Below are positions 9,813-20,544 of a stretch of 39,681 nt of DNA, one piece after another. Position numbers and translations under genes: made by a program. This stretch comes from an uncultured Clostridia bacterium. Lineage in GTDB: Bacteria > Bacillota > Clostridia > TANB77 > CAG-508. The notes under the pieces are model-generated. The model saw nothing but the letters and a program-made list of their open reading frames with translations, ran no database searches and was not told the origin of the DNA. The stretch lies in assembly GCA_944391885.1 (NCBI GenBank), contig CALXVE010000003.1:1-39681 (forward strand), read 5' to 3'. How positions within the stretch are numbered: the stretch's first letter is position 1; the number at the start of each line of letters is the position of its first letter.

Positions 9813-10897
9813 TTTATAGTTTCCCACCTTTCATAAATTTTAATCTTTTTAATATTTTCAGTACATTTATCATAAAATTTGTAAATTATAGGTAATATAT
9901 TTTTTTCAATTATATAAATTCTAAGTAATTCTATTATAAGGCAAATAATATATGTAACAGTAAAGCTAACAAGTATATGTAAAATCAAATATGTGCTATG
10001 GTAAAAATTATTATTATCAAATAAGTATTGCCATAAGAAAGGTCTTACAAATTTATTCTCATGTATTAAGTATACACCAAGTGTTGCACTAGAGAAAATA
10101 TTTATATAATTATTTTTAAATTTTAAACTTCTAAATAATTCAAATAAGGATATTGAACAAATTAATATTGGCAGTGAATTCAACTCTGCAAAATAGTTCA
10201 TATAGCCTATCATTGAATTATTTCTAGATATAATATATTCTAGTAGCACTTGGGTTATCATAATAAAAGTAAAACTTATTACAAATATTGTTCCATTATG
10301 ATTAATTTTTTTATCTTTAAAATATAATCCAATATATCCACCTAATATGTACAAAAATATAAGTACAAATAAATTTGTTAATCCCATATTTGTTTGAAAT
10401 ACTGTTGGTATTATATATGCCATAAACACTAAAATAACTATTAATTTTTTAAATTCTACTTTTGTAAGATTAAGCAACATTTTATTAATATATGGGCTTA
10501 GAATATATATAATGCAATAGCATGTTATAAACCAATATTCTGAAAATATAATAGGAAAGCACATTTTTATAAATTCTTTTATTCCTATCCATCCATTTAT
10601 TATAATATCTACAGTTCCAAAAAGTATTGAATAAAACAAAACTTGTAATACTAATTTAATTAACTTTTTTATTTTAAATGTAGATGTTATTCCAAAATAT
10701 CCAGATATTAATATAAATATAGATACTCCAATTTTGCCACCTATTATAAAGAAGTCTAATACAGGATTATTAAAAGAAACTCCATATTCTTTATTTATCC
10801 AATTACCATGAACGCAATAATGATGTACTATAATCATTAAAATACTTATTATTCTTAACAGTTCAAAATTAGAGTCTCTTTTATTTTCTGTGTTCAT
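9809..10897 (-). CDS. Acyltransferase family 3 (polysaccharide O-acetyltransferase-like)
   Basis: RDSNFELLRIISILMIIVHH, FILISGYF, YWFITCY and GVYLIH motifs; ~10 TM helices. Confidence 0.88.
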   Translation of the reverse strand: MNTENKRDSNFELLRIISILMIIVHHYCVHGNWINKEYGVSFNNPVLDFFIIGGKIGVSIFILISGYFGITSTFKIKKLIKLVLQVLFYSILFGTVDIIINGWIGIKEFIKMCFPIIFSEYWFITCYCIIYILSPYINKMLLNLTKVEFKKLIVILVFMAYIIPTVFQTNMGLTNLFVLIFLYILGGYIGLYFKDKKINHNGTIFVISFTFIMITQVLLEYIISRNNSMIGYMNYFAELNSLPILICSISLFELFRSLKFKNNYINIFSSATLGVYLIHENKFVRPFLWQYLFDNNNFYHSTYLILHILVSFTVTYIICLIIELLRIYIIEKNILPIIYKFYDKCTENIKKIKIYERWETIK

Positions 10898-10930
10898 ATG
10901 TTTCTCCTTTATTATAAAACATTTACCCCC

Positions 10931-12307
10931 TTATTTTTGTGTATCTTCTTTTTCTAAATAATCTTTCCATCCGTCTGTTGCTTTAAAGTGTTTATTGTAT
11001 TTTTTTATATCTTTAACAATTCCATTTTCATCAAGTACATTAAAATCAATACTATTAGATATTTTTAATTTTTGCAATTTATATCCATTTTCTATATATT
11101 TAATTTTACTTGGAGAAAATCCCATTATTTGTGTAATAATATGGTCGTTATTTAGTGAGTTAAATCCTGCAACTATAAGTCCAACCTTTTTGTCACTAGG
11201 TAATAATGGTCCTTCTTTTTCTCCTGATACTATCATATCAGCAACATTAAATATTTTTCTTTGAACATTATCTGTTAAAATTCCCTTTTTATCAGTGTAA
11301 ACAATTAATTTATTTAAATCTAATATTGTTCTCCATATAGTATCATTCCCATACCAAGAACCTTCTCTAAATCTTCCTTTGTTAGTCTTTCCTAGAATGA
11401 ATGACACACATTTTCTTATCAAATTAATAAACTTGTTGTGTTTGTACGTATATTTAGATAACCATGAATAAATATTTTTTAGAAAATTGTTTTCTGGGAA
11501 TTCATCTCCATTTTTATTTGGTCCTCCTGTTCTATGGTGAGGCAAGCATTCTTTATTTCCGTTAATTCCAACAAAATTTTTCATACAAGCTGTTATTCCT
11601 GCTTTTCTATGTGTTTTAGGTTTTGGCATATTAATTATAACATCAGAGTTTAATACATCACAAGGTATAATATACTCATGTGTTTTTCCCGTGTGATGAG
11701 CATTCATTAGCTTTAAATCATAATTTGTAATTGAATACTCCTTGTTCATATTGTTTAACTCTGAAAAAGAGCTATTTTCATTTAATTTCACAGTTACACA
11801 CATTATACTTTCATTTTGATTTTTTCTGAAATCTATTAGTTTAATATTTTTATAAATATGTTTATACAAGTTTATGTTTTTTTCTAAATCATTAATTAGT
11901 TTTAGCTGTTCAAAATCACAGTCTTGAACAGGAGCATCTCCTACAATAATACTACCTGTCCCTTTTAATGCAAGTATAGTATAATCAATAACTGGTCTAA
12001 TTAATGAAAAATTAGTAATCATGCAGTCTATAGTTCCTACATTATTTTTATGCATAACTAAGTTTGGTTTTATTAGTACATTGTTTTCTACACATATAAA
12101 TTCTTTAAATGGATTCCATTTATTTGTGCCTATATTTTTTTCATCTAATTTCATATTGATTAGTAATTGGCGAAAATCATCGTAAATAGTTTTATCACTT
12201 TTAATATTTATATTTATATCTTTTAGTTCTTCATAAAGTTCACTAGGATTAAATTCTTCATTTTTGTAATTATCTACTGTATTTTTTATATATACATCGT
12301 TATTCAT
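10931..12307 (-). CDS. DUF362 domain protein
   Basis: VLIKPNLV, VGDAP, INMPKPKTHRKAGITACMKNFVG and GEKEGP motifs. Confidence 0.8.
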   Translation of the reverse strand: MNNDVYIKNTVDNYKNEEFNPSELYEELKDININIKSDKTIYDDFRQLLINMKLDEKNIGTNKWNPFKEFICVENNVLIKPNLVMHKNNVGTIDCMITNFSLIRPVIDYTILALKGTGSIIVGDAPVQDCDFEQLKLINDLEKNINLYKHIYKNIKLIDFRKNQNESIMCVTVKLNENSSFSELNNMNKEYSITNYDLKLMNAHHTGKTHEYIIPCDVLNSDVIINMPKPKTHRKAGITACMKNFVGINGNKECLPHHRTGGPNKNGDEFPENNFLKNIYSWLSKYTYKHNKFINLIRKCVSFILGKTNKGRFREGSWYGNDTIWRTILDLNKLIVYTDKKGILTDNVQRKIFNVADMIVSGEKEGPLLPSDKKVGLIVAGFNSLNNDHIITQIMGFSPSKIKYIENGYKLQKLKISNSIDFNVLDENGIVKDIKKYNKHFKATDGWKDYLEKEDTQK

Positions 12308-13808
12308 GCTTTTTTGTTCTCCCTCTTACATAAGCTATAAGCTCTTTTACTTCTTTGTTATAAATCAAATAATTTCCTATAGATATAATTATCATTGCAA
12401 TTACAGCTGTAAAGATTGCATTCTTTATCCAACTTAAATATGTAATTTCTAAATTAGATTGTAATAAATTAGCTATAAGAAAGATTATGACAATTTCTAC
12501 TAACATTGTAGTAACTTTTTTTATTATTTCAAAAATTTTTCTTTTTATTATTTTCTTTGAAGAATAAATAATAAATTCACAAGTTCTAATTGCTGAAGCA
12601 ATAAGAGTTCCTATAGCTACACCAATCATACCATAATTTTGTACTAAAATTATAGATATTATTACATTTAATGTTGCTTCTATCCACGCACCTTTTTCTG
12701 TTTGTTTAAAATGTCCTGCAGATAAAATTATATTTGTGTATGGTATTCTTATAGCCATTGTAAGTTGTGCTAGTATCATTATATATGCAAACATTGGTCT
12801 TATATAGTTTACATCTGTTATACCTTTGGTATATACTTTAACAAATGGTATCTCTAAAGCAAATGTACAGGCAAATAAAAATGTTACTATAGAAAAATAA
12901 AAAAATTCGTACAATTTCAAATTTTTGTTTAATTTTACTCTATCATTCTTAGCTTGCATTTTTCCAAACCATGCATCAATTCCACTTGAAAGAGAAATAC
13001 ATAAATCTTTTATACTATTTATTACTAGCATATACACAGAATAAACTGACACTTCTAATGAATTTGCAAATACTGTTAATACTGCTATATCTACTGAATT
13101 ATGTATGATTGCAGCAATATGCTGTGAAAATCCAGCCCATTTATTTTGTAGCACATTTTTTTCTTTGACTTTTGCTAGTTTTATATCAAATTTCTTTTTA
13201 ACATAGAAACTTAAAAACAATGGTGAAATTACAAATATAATAGAACTTGCTAATTTAACAATTTGAATACTACAATTATTAAGTACTAAGATTACTATTG
13301 CAATAGTATTTAATATTTTAGATACTATTTTAACAACTGAAACTACATAATTTTTTTGGAGAGATTGTAAATAGATGCTGTATGTCATTCCAAAAAAATA
13401 CTCAAAGAATATGCTAATTGCTATAATAATAACTAATGACAATGTATAAGTATAACTGTATTGTTCACTATAAAATTTAGGAAAAGCAATACATAATATA
13501 ATTATGTAAAATATAAAAACAATAGCTATTGTTCTAAAAAATCTTTCAGCTGACTTTAATATTTCTTCAATTTTCTTTTTTTCAAAATTAACTATTGGTT
13601 TATATAGTGCAGCCTTTACAACAGGAGCTATTCCAGCTTCTAAGAGTGTAATATAGCCTAAAAATTGAGTTATTGAAGCTATCATTCCATTAACATTAGA
13701 TCCATACGAAGAAATAATAAGTCTAGGAGCTATAAAACCGCATATTATAGTTATAATCTGTTGTAAAATAGAAAATGTTATATTTTTTATAACATCGTTA
13801 TTTCTCAT
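12300..13808 (-). CDS. Polysaccharide flippase (Wzx, MOP superfamily)
   Basis: ~12-14 TM helices; YGSNVNG..SITQFLGYITLLEAGI; located in the polysaccharide locus. Confidence 0.88.
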   Translation of the reverse strand: MRNNDVIKNITFSILQQIITIICGFIAPRLIISSYGSNVNGMIASITQFLGYITLLEAGIAPVVKAALYKPIVNFEKKKIEEILKSAERFFRTIAIVFIFYIIILCIAFPKFYSEQYSYTYTLSLVIIIAISIFFEYFFGMTYSIYLQSLQKNYVVSVVKIVSKILNTIAIVILVLNNCSIQIVKLASSIIFVISPLFLSFYVKKKFDIKLAKVKEKNVLQNKWAGFSQHIAAIIHNSVDIAVLTVFANSLEVSVYSVYMLVINSIKDLCISLSSGIDAWFGKMQAKNDRVKLNKNLKLYEFFYFSIVTFLFACTFALEIPFVKVYTKGITDVNYIRPMFAYIMILAQLTMAIRIPYTNIILSAGHFKQTEKGAWIEATLNVIISIILVQNYGMIGVAIGTLIASAIRTCEFIIYSSKKIIKRKIFEIIKKVTTMLVEIVIIFLIANLLQSNLEITYLSWIKNAIFTAVIAMIIISIGNYLIYNKEVKELIAYVRGRTKKHE

Positions 13809-14688
13809 TTTTATTCCTTTCAGGAAGTTCTATCCAGCTTCCCAACAAATAGTCATATTCTTCTGGAGTAAATTCTTCTGTTCCATTTCCAGGAAAAAAT
13901 GTAATTTCTCCAAAATAAATCTTTCCATTTACCTCATAAAAATCAATTCTTACAAAAGGTAAATTTTTAGATAGTTTTTCAGAAAGTTCTATCATTTTTG
14001 TATAGTTTTCTGGTTTTGCTATATTTTTTTTAGAATATGGATAGTGTCTTTCAAATGGCATTTTATTCCAATCTAAATCAAAAAAAGTAACTTTTAAACC
14101 TTCTTTACTTCTTCTTTCGCTACAAACAAAAGAACATTTTACTTTTCCATTAAAACACATAAATTTGTAGTCATTTAAATCTTCATTTTTATGATCATCT
14201 ATATATTCTTCTATAATAATTCTTGGCTTTACATCTTTATATGGCCATTCTCTGCCTACATAAAAAAAATTATTTTTTAAATTTTTATTTATTTTTTCTC
14301 TTGCAGAATTAATATCTAACTTAGTTTTGTCTTTACATATAACTACTCCGCCAGAGTCATGTGTACATTTTATAACAAACTGATTTGGTAATTTGTTAAA
14401 ATCAATTTCATTAAAAGATGAATATATACCTAATGTTGGTATTAAATATTCTTCTCCTATTGTTTCTGCTATATATTTCTTAACTTCGTATTTGTCTACC
14501 ATCATTGTATATATAGGATTTCTATTATATAATTTTAACCACTGTAATTTTTCATTAAATGTTTGAGGATTTTTTAGATTTACTTTTCTATCCATTATAC
14601 AATAATACATTAATTTAATATATGCTTCGTCTGATAACCAATCAAAGAAGTGACGTCTAGCCAATCCTTTAAATATTCTACTTTTCAT
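13798..14688 (-). CDS. TupA-like ATP-grasp protein
   Basis: NPQTFNEKLQWLKL, VDKYEVK, FVIKCTHDSG, DYKFMCFNG and RIDFY..GEITFFP motifs. Confidence 0.92.
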   Translation of the reverse strand: MKSRIFKGLARRHFFDWLSDEAYIKLMYYCIMDRKVNLKNPQTFNEKLQWLKLYNRNPIYTMMVDKYEVKKYIAETIGEEYLIPTLGIYSSFNEIDFNKLPNQFVIKCTHDSGGVVICKDKTKLDINSAREKINKNLKNNFFYVGREWPYKDVKPRIIIEEYIDDHKNEDLNDYKFMCFNGKVKCSFVCSERRSKEGLKVTFFDLDWNKMPFERHYPYSKKNIAKPENYTKMIELSEKLSKNLPFVRIDFYEVNGKIYFGEITFFPGNGTEEFTPEEYDYLLGSWIELPERNKNEK

Positions 14689-15778
14689 TTAATCCTCCAA
14701 TAATTTCCTTAAAGTATTTTAAATATTTACCATATATCTTGTCTATAGAATGCGTTTCATTTATTTTTTTACTATTTTCAGATATAAAATTTCTTAATTT
14801 TTCGTCATTTATAAGTAATTCTAACTTGTTTGTTATATCATTAATATCATCTACAGCCACCAAATATCCATTTTCACCGCTATTAATTAATTCTGATGGT
14901 CCCATATCACAATCTGTAGAAATAGACGGTATTCCAAGAGCCATTGCTTCAATAAGTGCATTTGGCATTCCTTCAAATCTAGAGGTAAGTACAAAAATTT
15001 TTGATTGTGCTACTTTTAGAATTGCTTTTTCATCATTTCCTGGTAAAAATACATTTTTCTGTAAGTTCAATTTACTAATTAGTTTCTCTAAATCTTTTCT
15101 CTTTGATCCTTCTCCATATATAATAAGTTTATAATCCGGATAAGATCTTGCTATAGGTTCAAAAGCTTTAATCATAATATCTTGTGCCTTTTGTTCTTCT
15201 AATCTTCCCATACTAGAAATAACATTTTTTGTCATTAACGTGGATGTGTCAACTTCATTTAACATAGGATTACTAACCGCATTATGAATAACTATACTTT
15301 TTTTCTGAACTTTTTTTGAATAGCATTTTTTAGCTTTTTCTGTTTGAAATATAAATCCATCACATTTTGTACTTGAAAATTTGTTTAAAATTTCTTTTAT
15401 TCCTTTTCTGTCTTTAGATTTAGGGTTGCATCTTTCAGAAGATACTACTTTCACTTTTCTATTACCAAAAAATTTATATAGTAAAGCGTATATATTAGTT
15501 ACGCAAAACATAGTAAATATTAAATCTGGTTTTATTTCATTTAGAGTATCAAATAAAAAGCTTATTCTTTGTTTTATTCCTTTGTACTTTCCGGTTCTTT
15601 TACAATCTTTATTATTTATAAAATGCACACTTGTCTCTATAAAATAGCTTGATTCATTTTTATCAAAACTAATAAGATATGTTTCAACATCATGTTTTGA
15701 AAGATATGATGCTAGAGTAGTTGCTACTCTTTCTGCTCCTCCCATAGTTAAAGAGCCCATTAAGATTACAATCTTCAT
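14678..15778 (-). CDS. GT4 glycosyltransferase (PglH/PglJ-like)
   Basis: GGAERV, SERCNP, GRLEEQK and SRFEGMPNALIEAMALG motifs. Confidence 0.88.
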   Translation of the reverse strand: MKIVILMGSLTMGGAERVATTLASYLSKHDVETYLISFDKNESSYFIETSVHFINNKDCKRTGKYKGIKQRISFLFDTLNEIKPDLIFTMFCVTNIYALLYKFFGNRKVKVVSSERCNPKSKDRKGIKEILNKFSSTKCDGFIFQTEKAKKCYSKKVQKKSIVIHNAVSNPMLNEVDTSTLMTKNVISSMGRLEEQKAQDIMIKAFEPIARSYPDYKLIIYGEGSKRKDLEKLISKLNLQKNVFLPGNDEKAILKVAQSKIFVLTSRFEGMPNALIEAMALGIPSISTDCDMGPSELINSGENGYLVAVDDINDITNKLELLINDEKLRNFISENSKKINETHSIDKIYGKYLKYFKEIIGGLNEK

Positions 15779-15797
15779 TTTAATATTCCTCTCAAAA

Positions 15798-16961
15798 TTA
15801 CATAAATAAAGTATTATAATATGGCATTAAAGCATAGCCGTTCCACATTCTATATACTCTAAATATAAACCATAAAATAATTCCTAAAAATATTAATATT
15901 CTGCATAAAGTTTTATATTTTTTAGGTATATAATTCAAATACAATTCACAAATATCTGAACTTAATACATATATAGGTAGTTCAAAGAACAGTAATACTC
16001 TACTAGCACCATTTAATAAAATAAATATTGGTAATATAATAATTAGAAAAGACATCATTTTATAATATCCAAAATGTCCGCAATCTTCTAAATATTTTAT
16101 TGTATTTTTATTAAATATCATAGTTAAGTAGATTGCTATGTATGGAATATATCCCCAAAGAGATACTTGAATTTTATCCATATATCCACTAAATCCAGTA
16201 TTTCTAATTAAATATTTTAATATTGGTAAAGCAATTATGGTAAATGTTATACTTGCTATGTTTAGTATAATCATCTTTTTTTTATCTTTTAATATTTTAT
16301 TAGGAAACACTTTATAAAATATTATTAATAAAAATAAAATTATAGCTATATAATGGTTTAAATATGCAAGTACTGCAAACAATATACTGTACTTATATTT
16401 GTTATTATTTAATAGGCTAATAGATACAAATCCTAATGTAGCTGAAACACAATTTCTAATTATATTTAAGCTTTTAAGAAGTGGTAAAAATGCTAAAATT
16501 AACCATAAGCATTTATTTTCATCATTAATTTCTTTTTCAACATAGTATATATAGCTTATTATAATTACCGAATGCATTACAACAAGAAATGTAAAGAAAT
16601 TTCCACCAAATAACTTTATAAAATACATTGTATTATAAAATAAATATTCAAAACCATTGAATGTAAGCATTTCTTTAATTTTAAAATGCACATATCCAAG
16701 GTTTTCAAAATAATTTATATAATTATAGGTATCAGCACCACCGATTCCTTCTTGAATTAATCTAAAACAAGAAAATAAAATATAAATAATATATATTAAA
16801 ACATAATATATGTATTTTTGAGAAAAGTAAATTTTCCCCAATTTTATTTTTTTATCATTTTTCTTAGATTTTACTGCTTTCCTAAATAGTAAGGCTATTA
16901 GTATTGCTAAAACGATAAATATTCCTAATGAAGTCCAACTCCATCCTTTAGTAATCTCCAT
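15798..16961 (-). CDS. EpsG-family polysaccharide polymerase (Wzy-like)
   Basis: Polytopic membrane protein with R..GADTYNY, NIIRN and H motifs typical of EpsG. Confidence 0.75.
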   Translation of the reverse strand: MEITKGWSWTSLGIFIVLAILIALLFRKAVKSKKNDKKIKLGKIYFSQKYIYYVLIYIIYILFSCFRLIQEGIGGADTYNYINYFENLGYVHFKIKEMLTFNGFEYLFYNTMYFIKLFGGNFFTFLVVMHSVIIISYIYYVEKEINDENKCLWLILAFLPLLKSLNIIRNCVSATLGFVSISLLNNNKYKYSILFAVLAYLNHYIAIILFLLIIFYKVFPNKILKDKKKMIILNIASITFTIIALPILKYLIRNTGFSGYMDKIQVSLWGYIPYIAIYLTMIFNKNTIKYLEDCGHFGYYKMMSFLIIILPIFILLNGASRVLLFFELPIYVLSSDICELYLNYIPKKYKTLCRILIFLGIILWFIFRVYRMWNGYALMPYYNTLFM

Positions 16962-16976
16962 TCTTTCCTCCGTAAA

Positions 16977-19112
16977 TCAAAATAAATATCCTACGTATTC
17001 TTCTATTTTTTCTTCAATAATATATCCTTTTTGCTTAAATTCATTTTCAAAATCTTTTCTAACAATTTTGCTTTTTTCCATAGCAATATTGCTCCAAGTT
17101 TCAGCAGATTCATCTAAACTAACATATGTTAATAGATTTGTGATTTTAGCTTCTTTTGTAATAGTATTAGATAGTACGCATGGCAATCCTGTTGCTTGTG
17201 CTTCTATTATTACATTTGGCATTCCTTCAAAAAATGATGGAAATATAAAAGTATCCATTGCCATTAAATACTCATTTACATTTTTTTGCGCTCCTATCAT
17301 TAATACATTATTTTCTAGTTCTAATCTTTTTATTTCGTTTTTTATTTGTTCTTCAAGTTCTCCTTCTCCTATAATGAGTAAAATTGAATTTTTATCTTTC
17401 TGTTTTATGCAATTAAAAATATTTAATAAAAATTTATGATTTTTTTGAATATTATATCTTCCAATATGTCCATACACTGTTTTGTTTTCTATGTTTAGTT
17501 GTTTTCTAATTTTATTTCTAATTTCAGTATTAAATTTAAATAAATTATAATCTAAGCAATTATGCATTATAAATACTTTATTATTTTCTACAGCTTTTTT
17601 TCCAAAAACAAATGTAGCAGCTTCAGTAGAAGGTGCAATTTTTACATTAGGCACTATTTTAGGTAAAAATCCAAATAATCTGTTTATATATTGTTCTTTT
17701 TTACTTGTTACACCAGCATTGCTAGATCTAAAAATAAGTTTTTTTGCTCCTCCATTTTTAGCAGCAATTAAATCAAGGCAAGCTAAAGCTCGTTGACTAG
17801 TTCTTAAAACTGAGTTATATCTTTCTTGTTTAACAATTTTTTTTATAGCTTTGTAAGATTTAATAATGCTTTTAGATTTTGCTGGTACTACAAAAATTTT
17901 TCCCCCCATGTTTTTTATTTCTTCATCATAAAAACCTGGTTTACTGTTAGAAACACAAAAATCAAATTGATATTTTTCTCTATTTAGCTTTCTATATAAT
18001 TTCATTAAAAAAGTTTCTGCTCCGCCTCTATCCATACTGCTAACTATACATAGTAATCTTTTTATATTGCTGTTACATTCTATGTAATCTATCAAAGGTT
18101 TAACAGCAACATCTGGCAAATATTTTTTTGATTCTTCTAAGCAGTTTATTTTCATTTCTTTTAGGTTATATTTTTCATTATATATTTCATCTAATATTAC
18201 TTCCATATCATAATCATCTTGAGTTTTAAAAATGAATCCATTAACTTTATCTTTTATAATATCTGAATTGTATCTCCAATCTGAAGCAACTATAGGCACT
18301 CCTGCAAAAAAAGCGTCAATAACAGTTCCTGCTAAACCTTCACCCTTATAGTAAGTAGGAAATAGTAGTAAATCATAATTTTTAATTGTATCAACAGATT
18401 TATCCGAATCTACAACTCCTTTATAAGATACATAATTTAAATTTGCACTATTAATTAAATTTTCAAATTCATCTTTATACTCTTGAGCTATAGGACCGTA
18501 TATATCTAACTGATAAATCATTTTTCCATATTTTTTATTAATTTTTTGAACTACATTTATTGCATTTTCAATTCCTTTTTCTTTAATTACTCGTGAAAAA
18601 GTGCATACTCTATAGAAGTCTTTAGTATTGTACTTTAATTCTTCAATTTCTAAAGGTTTTATATTTTTAAAGTTAAATAAAATATCTACATTAGTAATTT
18701 GCATTTTATTTAACTTTTCTTTCATACTATTGGTTTCTACTAATATTTTATCTAATTGTTTTACTTTTTTTTGTAAAAACTTTTTGCTAATTAAAAACTC
18801 TGGTAACCATCCGCCTACAACTGCATAAATAAGCTTGTGTTTATATTTTTTATTTAAAAGTGTAAAAAGTGGCACAAAAATTTTTATTCCGTTCATTGCT
18901 GGTAATATAATTAAATAGTCAGAACTTTTTATTGCGTTTATACATTTTTTTAATAATTTTATTGGATGTGCTTTATAGTTATATGTATCAACAAAAGCCA
19001 CATTTTTTTTATATACCTTTGCTAGCTCTTTATATAAATTTCTTGTTTTCACAGTTTGTCCATCATTAAAATTTTGATTTTCGGCAAAATGCCCAATAAT
19101 AGTAATCTTCAT
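16977..19112 (-). CDS. Two-domain fusion of GT4 glycosyltransferases
   Basis: N-module: DGQTVKT...EGLAGTVIDAFFAGVP. C-module starts RLLCIVSSMDRGGAETFLM and ends FEGMPNVIIEAQATGLP (EpsF-like). Confidence 0.85.
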   Translation of the reverse strand: MKITIIGHFAENQNFNDGQTVKTRNLYKELAKVYKKNVAFVDTYNYKAHPIKLLKKCINAIKSSDYLIILPAMNGIKIFVPLFTLLNKKYKHKLIYAVVGGWLPEFLISKKFLQKKVKQLDKILVETNSMKEKLNKMQITNVDILFNFKNIKPLEIEELKYNTKDFYRVCTFSRVIKEKGIENAINVVQKINKKYGKMIYQLDIYGPIAQEYKDEFENLINSANLNYVSYKGVVDSDKSVDTIKNYDLLLFPTYYKGEGLAGTVIDAFFAGVPIVASDWRYNSDIIKDKVNGFIFKTQDDYDMEVILDEIYNEKYNLKEMKINCLEESKKYLPDVAVKPLIDYIECNSNIKRLLCIVSSMDRGGAETFLMKLYRKLNREKYQFDFCVSNSKPGFYDEEIKNMGGKIFVVPAKSKSIIKSYKAIKKIVKQERYNSVLRTSQRALACLDLIAAKNGGAKKLIFRSSNAGVTSKKEQYINRLFGFLPKIVPNVKIAPSTEAATFVFGKKAVENNKVFIMHNCLDYNLFKFNTEIRNKIRKQLNIENKTVYGHIGRYNIQKNHKFLLNIFNCIKQKDKNSILLIIGEGELEEQIKNEIKRLELENNVLMIGAQKNVNEYLMAMDTFIFPSFFEGMPNVIIEAQATGLPCVLSNTITKEAKITNLLTYVSLDESAETWSNIAMEKSKIVRKDFENEFKQKGYIIEEKIEEYVGYLF

Positions 19113-19125
19113 ATTTTATTCCTTC

Positions 19126-19872
19126 TTATTTTCTATGTAATGTTTTAACTACTCCCCACCAACATATATGAAACACCGAACGAAAAATAGACAATTTTTC
19201 TATTTTTCTATATAATTGCCATTGATATTTTATTAAATTTAATTTGTTTCTAGATATAGAATTAGAACGTACTCTATACTTCATCAATGTTTCTGGAATT
19301 CCATATATATATTTTTCTTTTTTTAACATTTGAAGCCATAAAGCATAGTCATTTCTTTTTTTTATATTAGGTACTTTAAATTTTCCTATATTTTCTACAT
19401 TATACATTATTGTTGAATTTCCGACAGAATTACTAAGTAACATAGAATTATAGTCCACTTTTTCTTTAGCCTTTATTATTCTATTAAGTATTCTTCCTTC
19501 TTCATCTATTTGTTCATAATCGGTCGCTGTAATATTGTAATTGTTTTGTTCCATAAATTTAATTTGTTTTTCTAATTTATCCGGTTGCCATAAATCGTCG
19601 CTGTCCAAAAATGCCATATATTTACCTTTTGCTTCTTCTATAGCAATGTTTCTAGCTACATCTGCTCCACAATTTTCTTTTAATCTAATGTATTTTATTC
19701 TTTTATCATTATATTGATTTACTATTTCTTCTGTATTGTCTTTTGATGCATCATCAACGATAATCATTTCCCAATTTGTATGTGTTTGTTTTAATACAGA
19801 TTCTATTGTTTCACCTATGAATTTTGCACAGTTATATGTGGGTGTAATAATTGATATTAATGTATTAGGCAT
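19126..19872 (-). CDS. GT2 glycosyltransferase (TuaG-like)
   Basis: ISIITPTYN, VDDAS, FLDSDD and KRNDYALW motifs. Confidence 0.88.
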   Translation of the reverse strand: MPNTLISIITPTYNCAKFIGETIESVLKQTHTNWEMIIVDDASKDNTEEIVNQYNDKRIKYIRLKENCGADVARNIAIEEAKGKYMAFLDSDDLWQPDKLEKQIKFMEQNNYNITATDYEQIDEEGRILNRIIKAKEKVDYNSMLLSNSVGNSTIMYNVENIGKFKVPNIKKRNDYALWLQMLKKEKYIYGIPETLMKYRVRSNSISRNKLNLIKYQWQLYRKIEKLSIFRSVFHICWWGVVKTLHRK

Positions 19873-19873
19873 T

Positions 19874-20536
19874 CTAATTGTTCTCCTTACTTATTCTTAA
19901 TTGTTGTATTTCTTCTTTTATTCCACTTTCAGCTATTTCAGCTTCATCTTTTTCAAATAGTTGTTTTATTGTTAAAAATATTATTTTAATATCCATTAAT
20001 GGGCTTATTTTATCTACATATTCAATATCATAATTTATTTTTTTAAATATATTTATTTTGTTTCTTCCTTTTACTTGTGCTAATCCTGATATTCCAGGCA
20101 ATACCTCACTTCTTCTTTTTTGTTCTTCTGTAAAGAATTCATAATACTCTGGTATCCATGGTCTTGGTCCTATAAAACTCATTTCTCCCTTTAATATATT
20201 TATAAGTTGCGGAAGTTCGTCAATGCTTGTTTTTCTAATGAATTTTCCTACTTTAGTTACCATTTCTTCATGACTCATATTTCCTTCTAATTCTTTTCTA
20301 TTTGTTTTCATGCTTCTAAATTTATAAATTTTAAAAAGCTTTAGATTTTTCCCCACCCTATCTTGAGTATAAAATACTGGTCCTTTATCTTCTATCTTTA
20401 TTGCTATTCCTATAATTATAAATGGTATAAATAACACTATTAATAATACGCTAGCCAAAACAGTGTCTATAATTCTTTTTACAACTATATATATATTTCT
20501 TAGTACTTTTTTCACCGTAATCACCCTTTTTTTCAT
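19874..20536 (-). CDS. Priming sugar (phosphoglycosyl) transferase
   Basis: KRIID, YKFRSM, RKTSIDELPQL, GEMSFIGPRP and PGISGLAQV motifs. True start may be the GTG at 20515 (RBS AAGGGTG). Confidence 0.92.
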   Translation of the reverse strand: MKKRVITVKKVLRNIYIVVKRIIDTVLASVLLIVLFIPFIIIGIAIKIEDKGPVFYTQDRVGKNLKLFKIYKFRSMKTNRKELEGNMSHEEMVTKVGKFIRKTSIDELPQLINILKGEMSFIGPRPWIPEYYEFFTEEQKRRSEVLPGISGLAQVKGRNKINIFKKINYDIEYVDKISPLMDIKIIFLTIKQLFEKDEAEIAESGIKEEIQQLRISKENN

Positions 20537-20544
20537 ACATGGCT

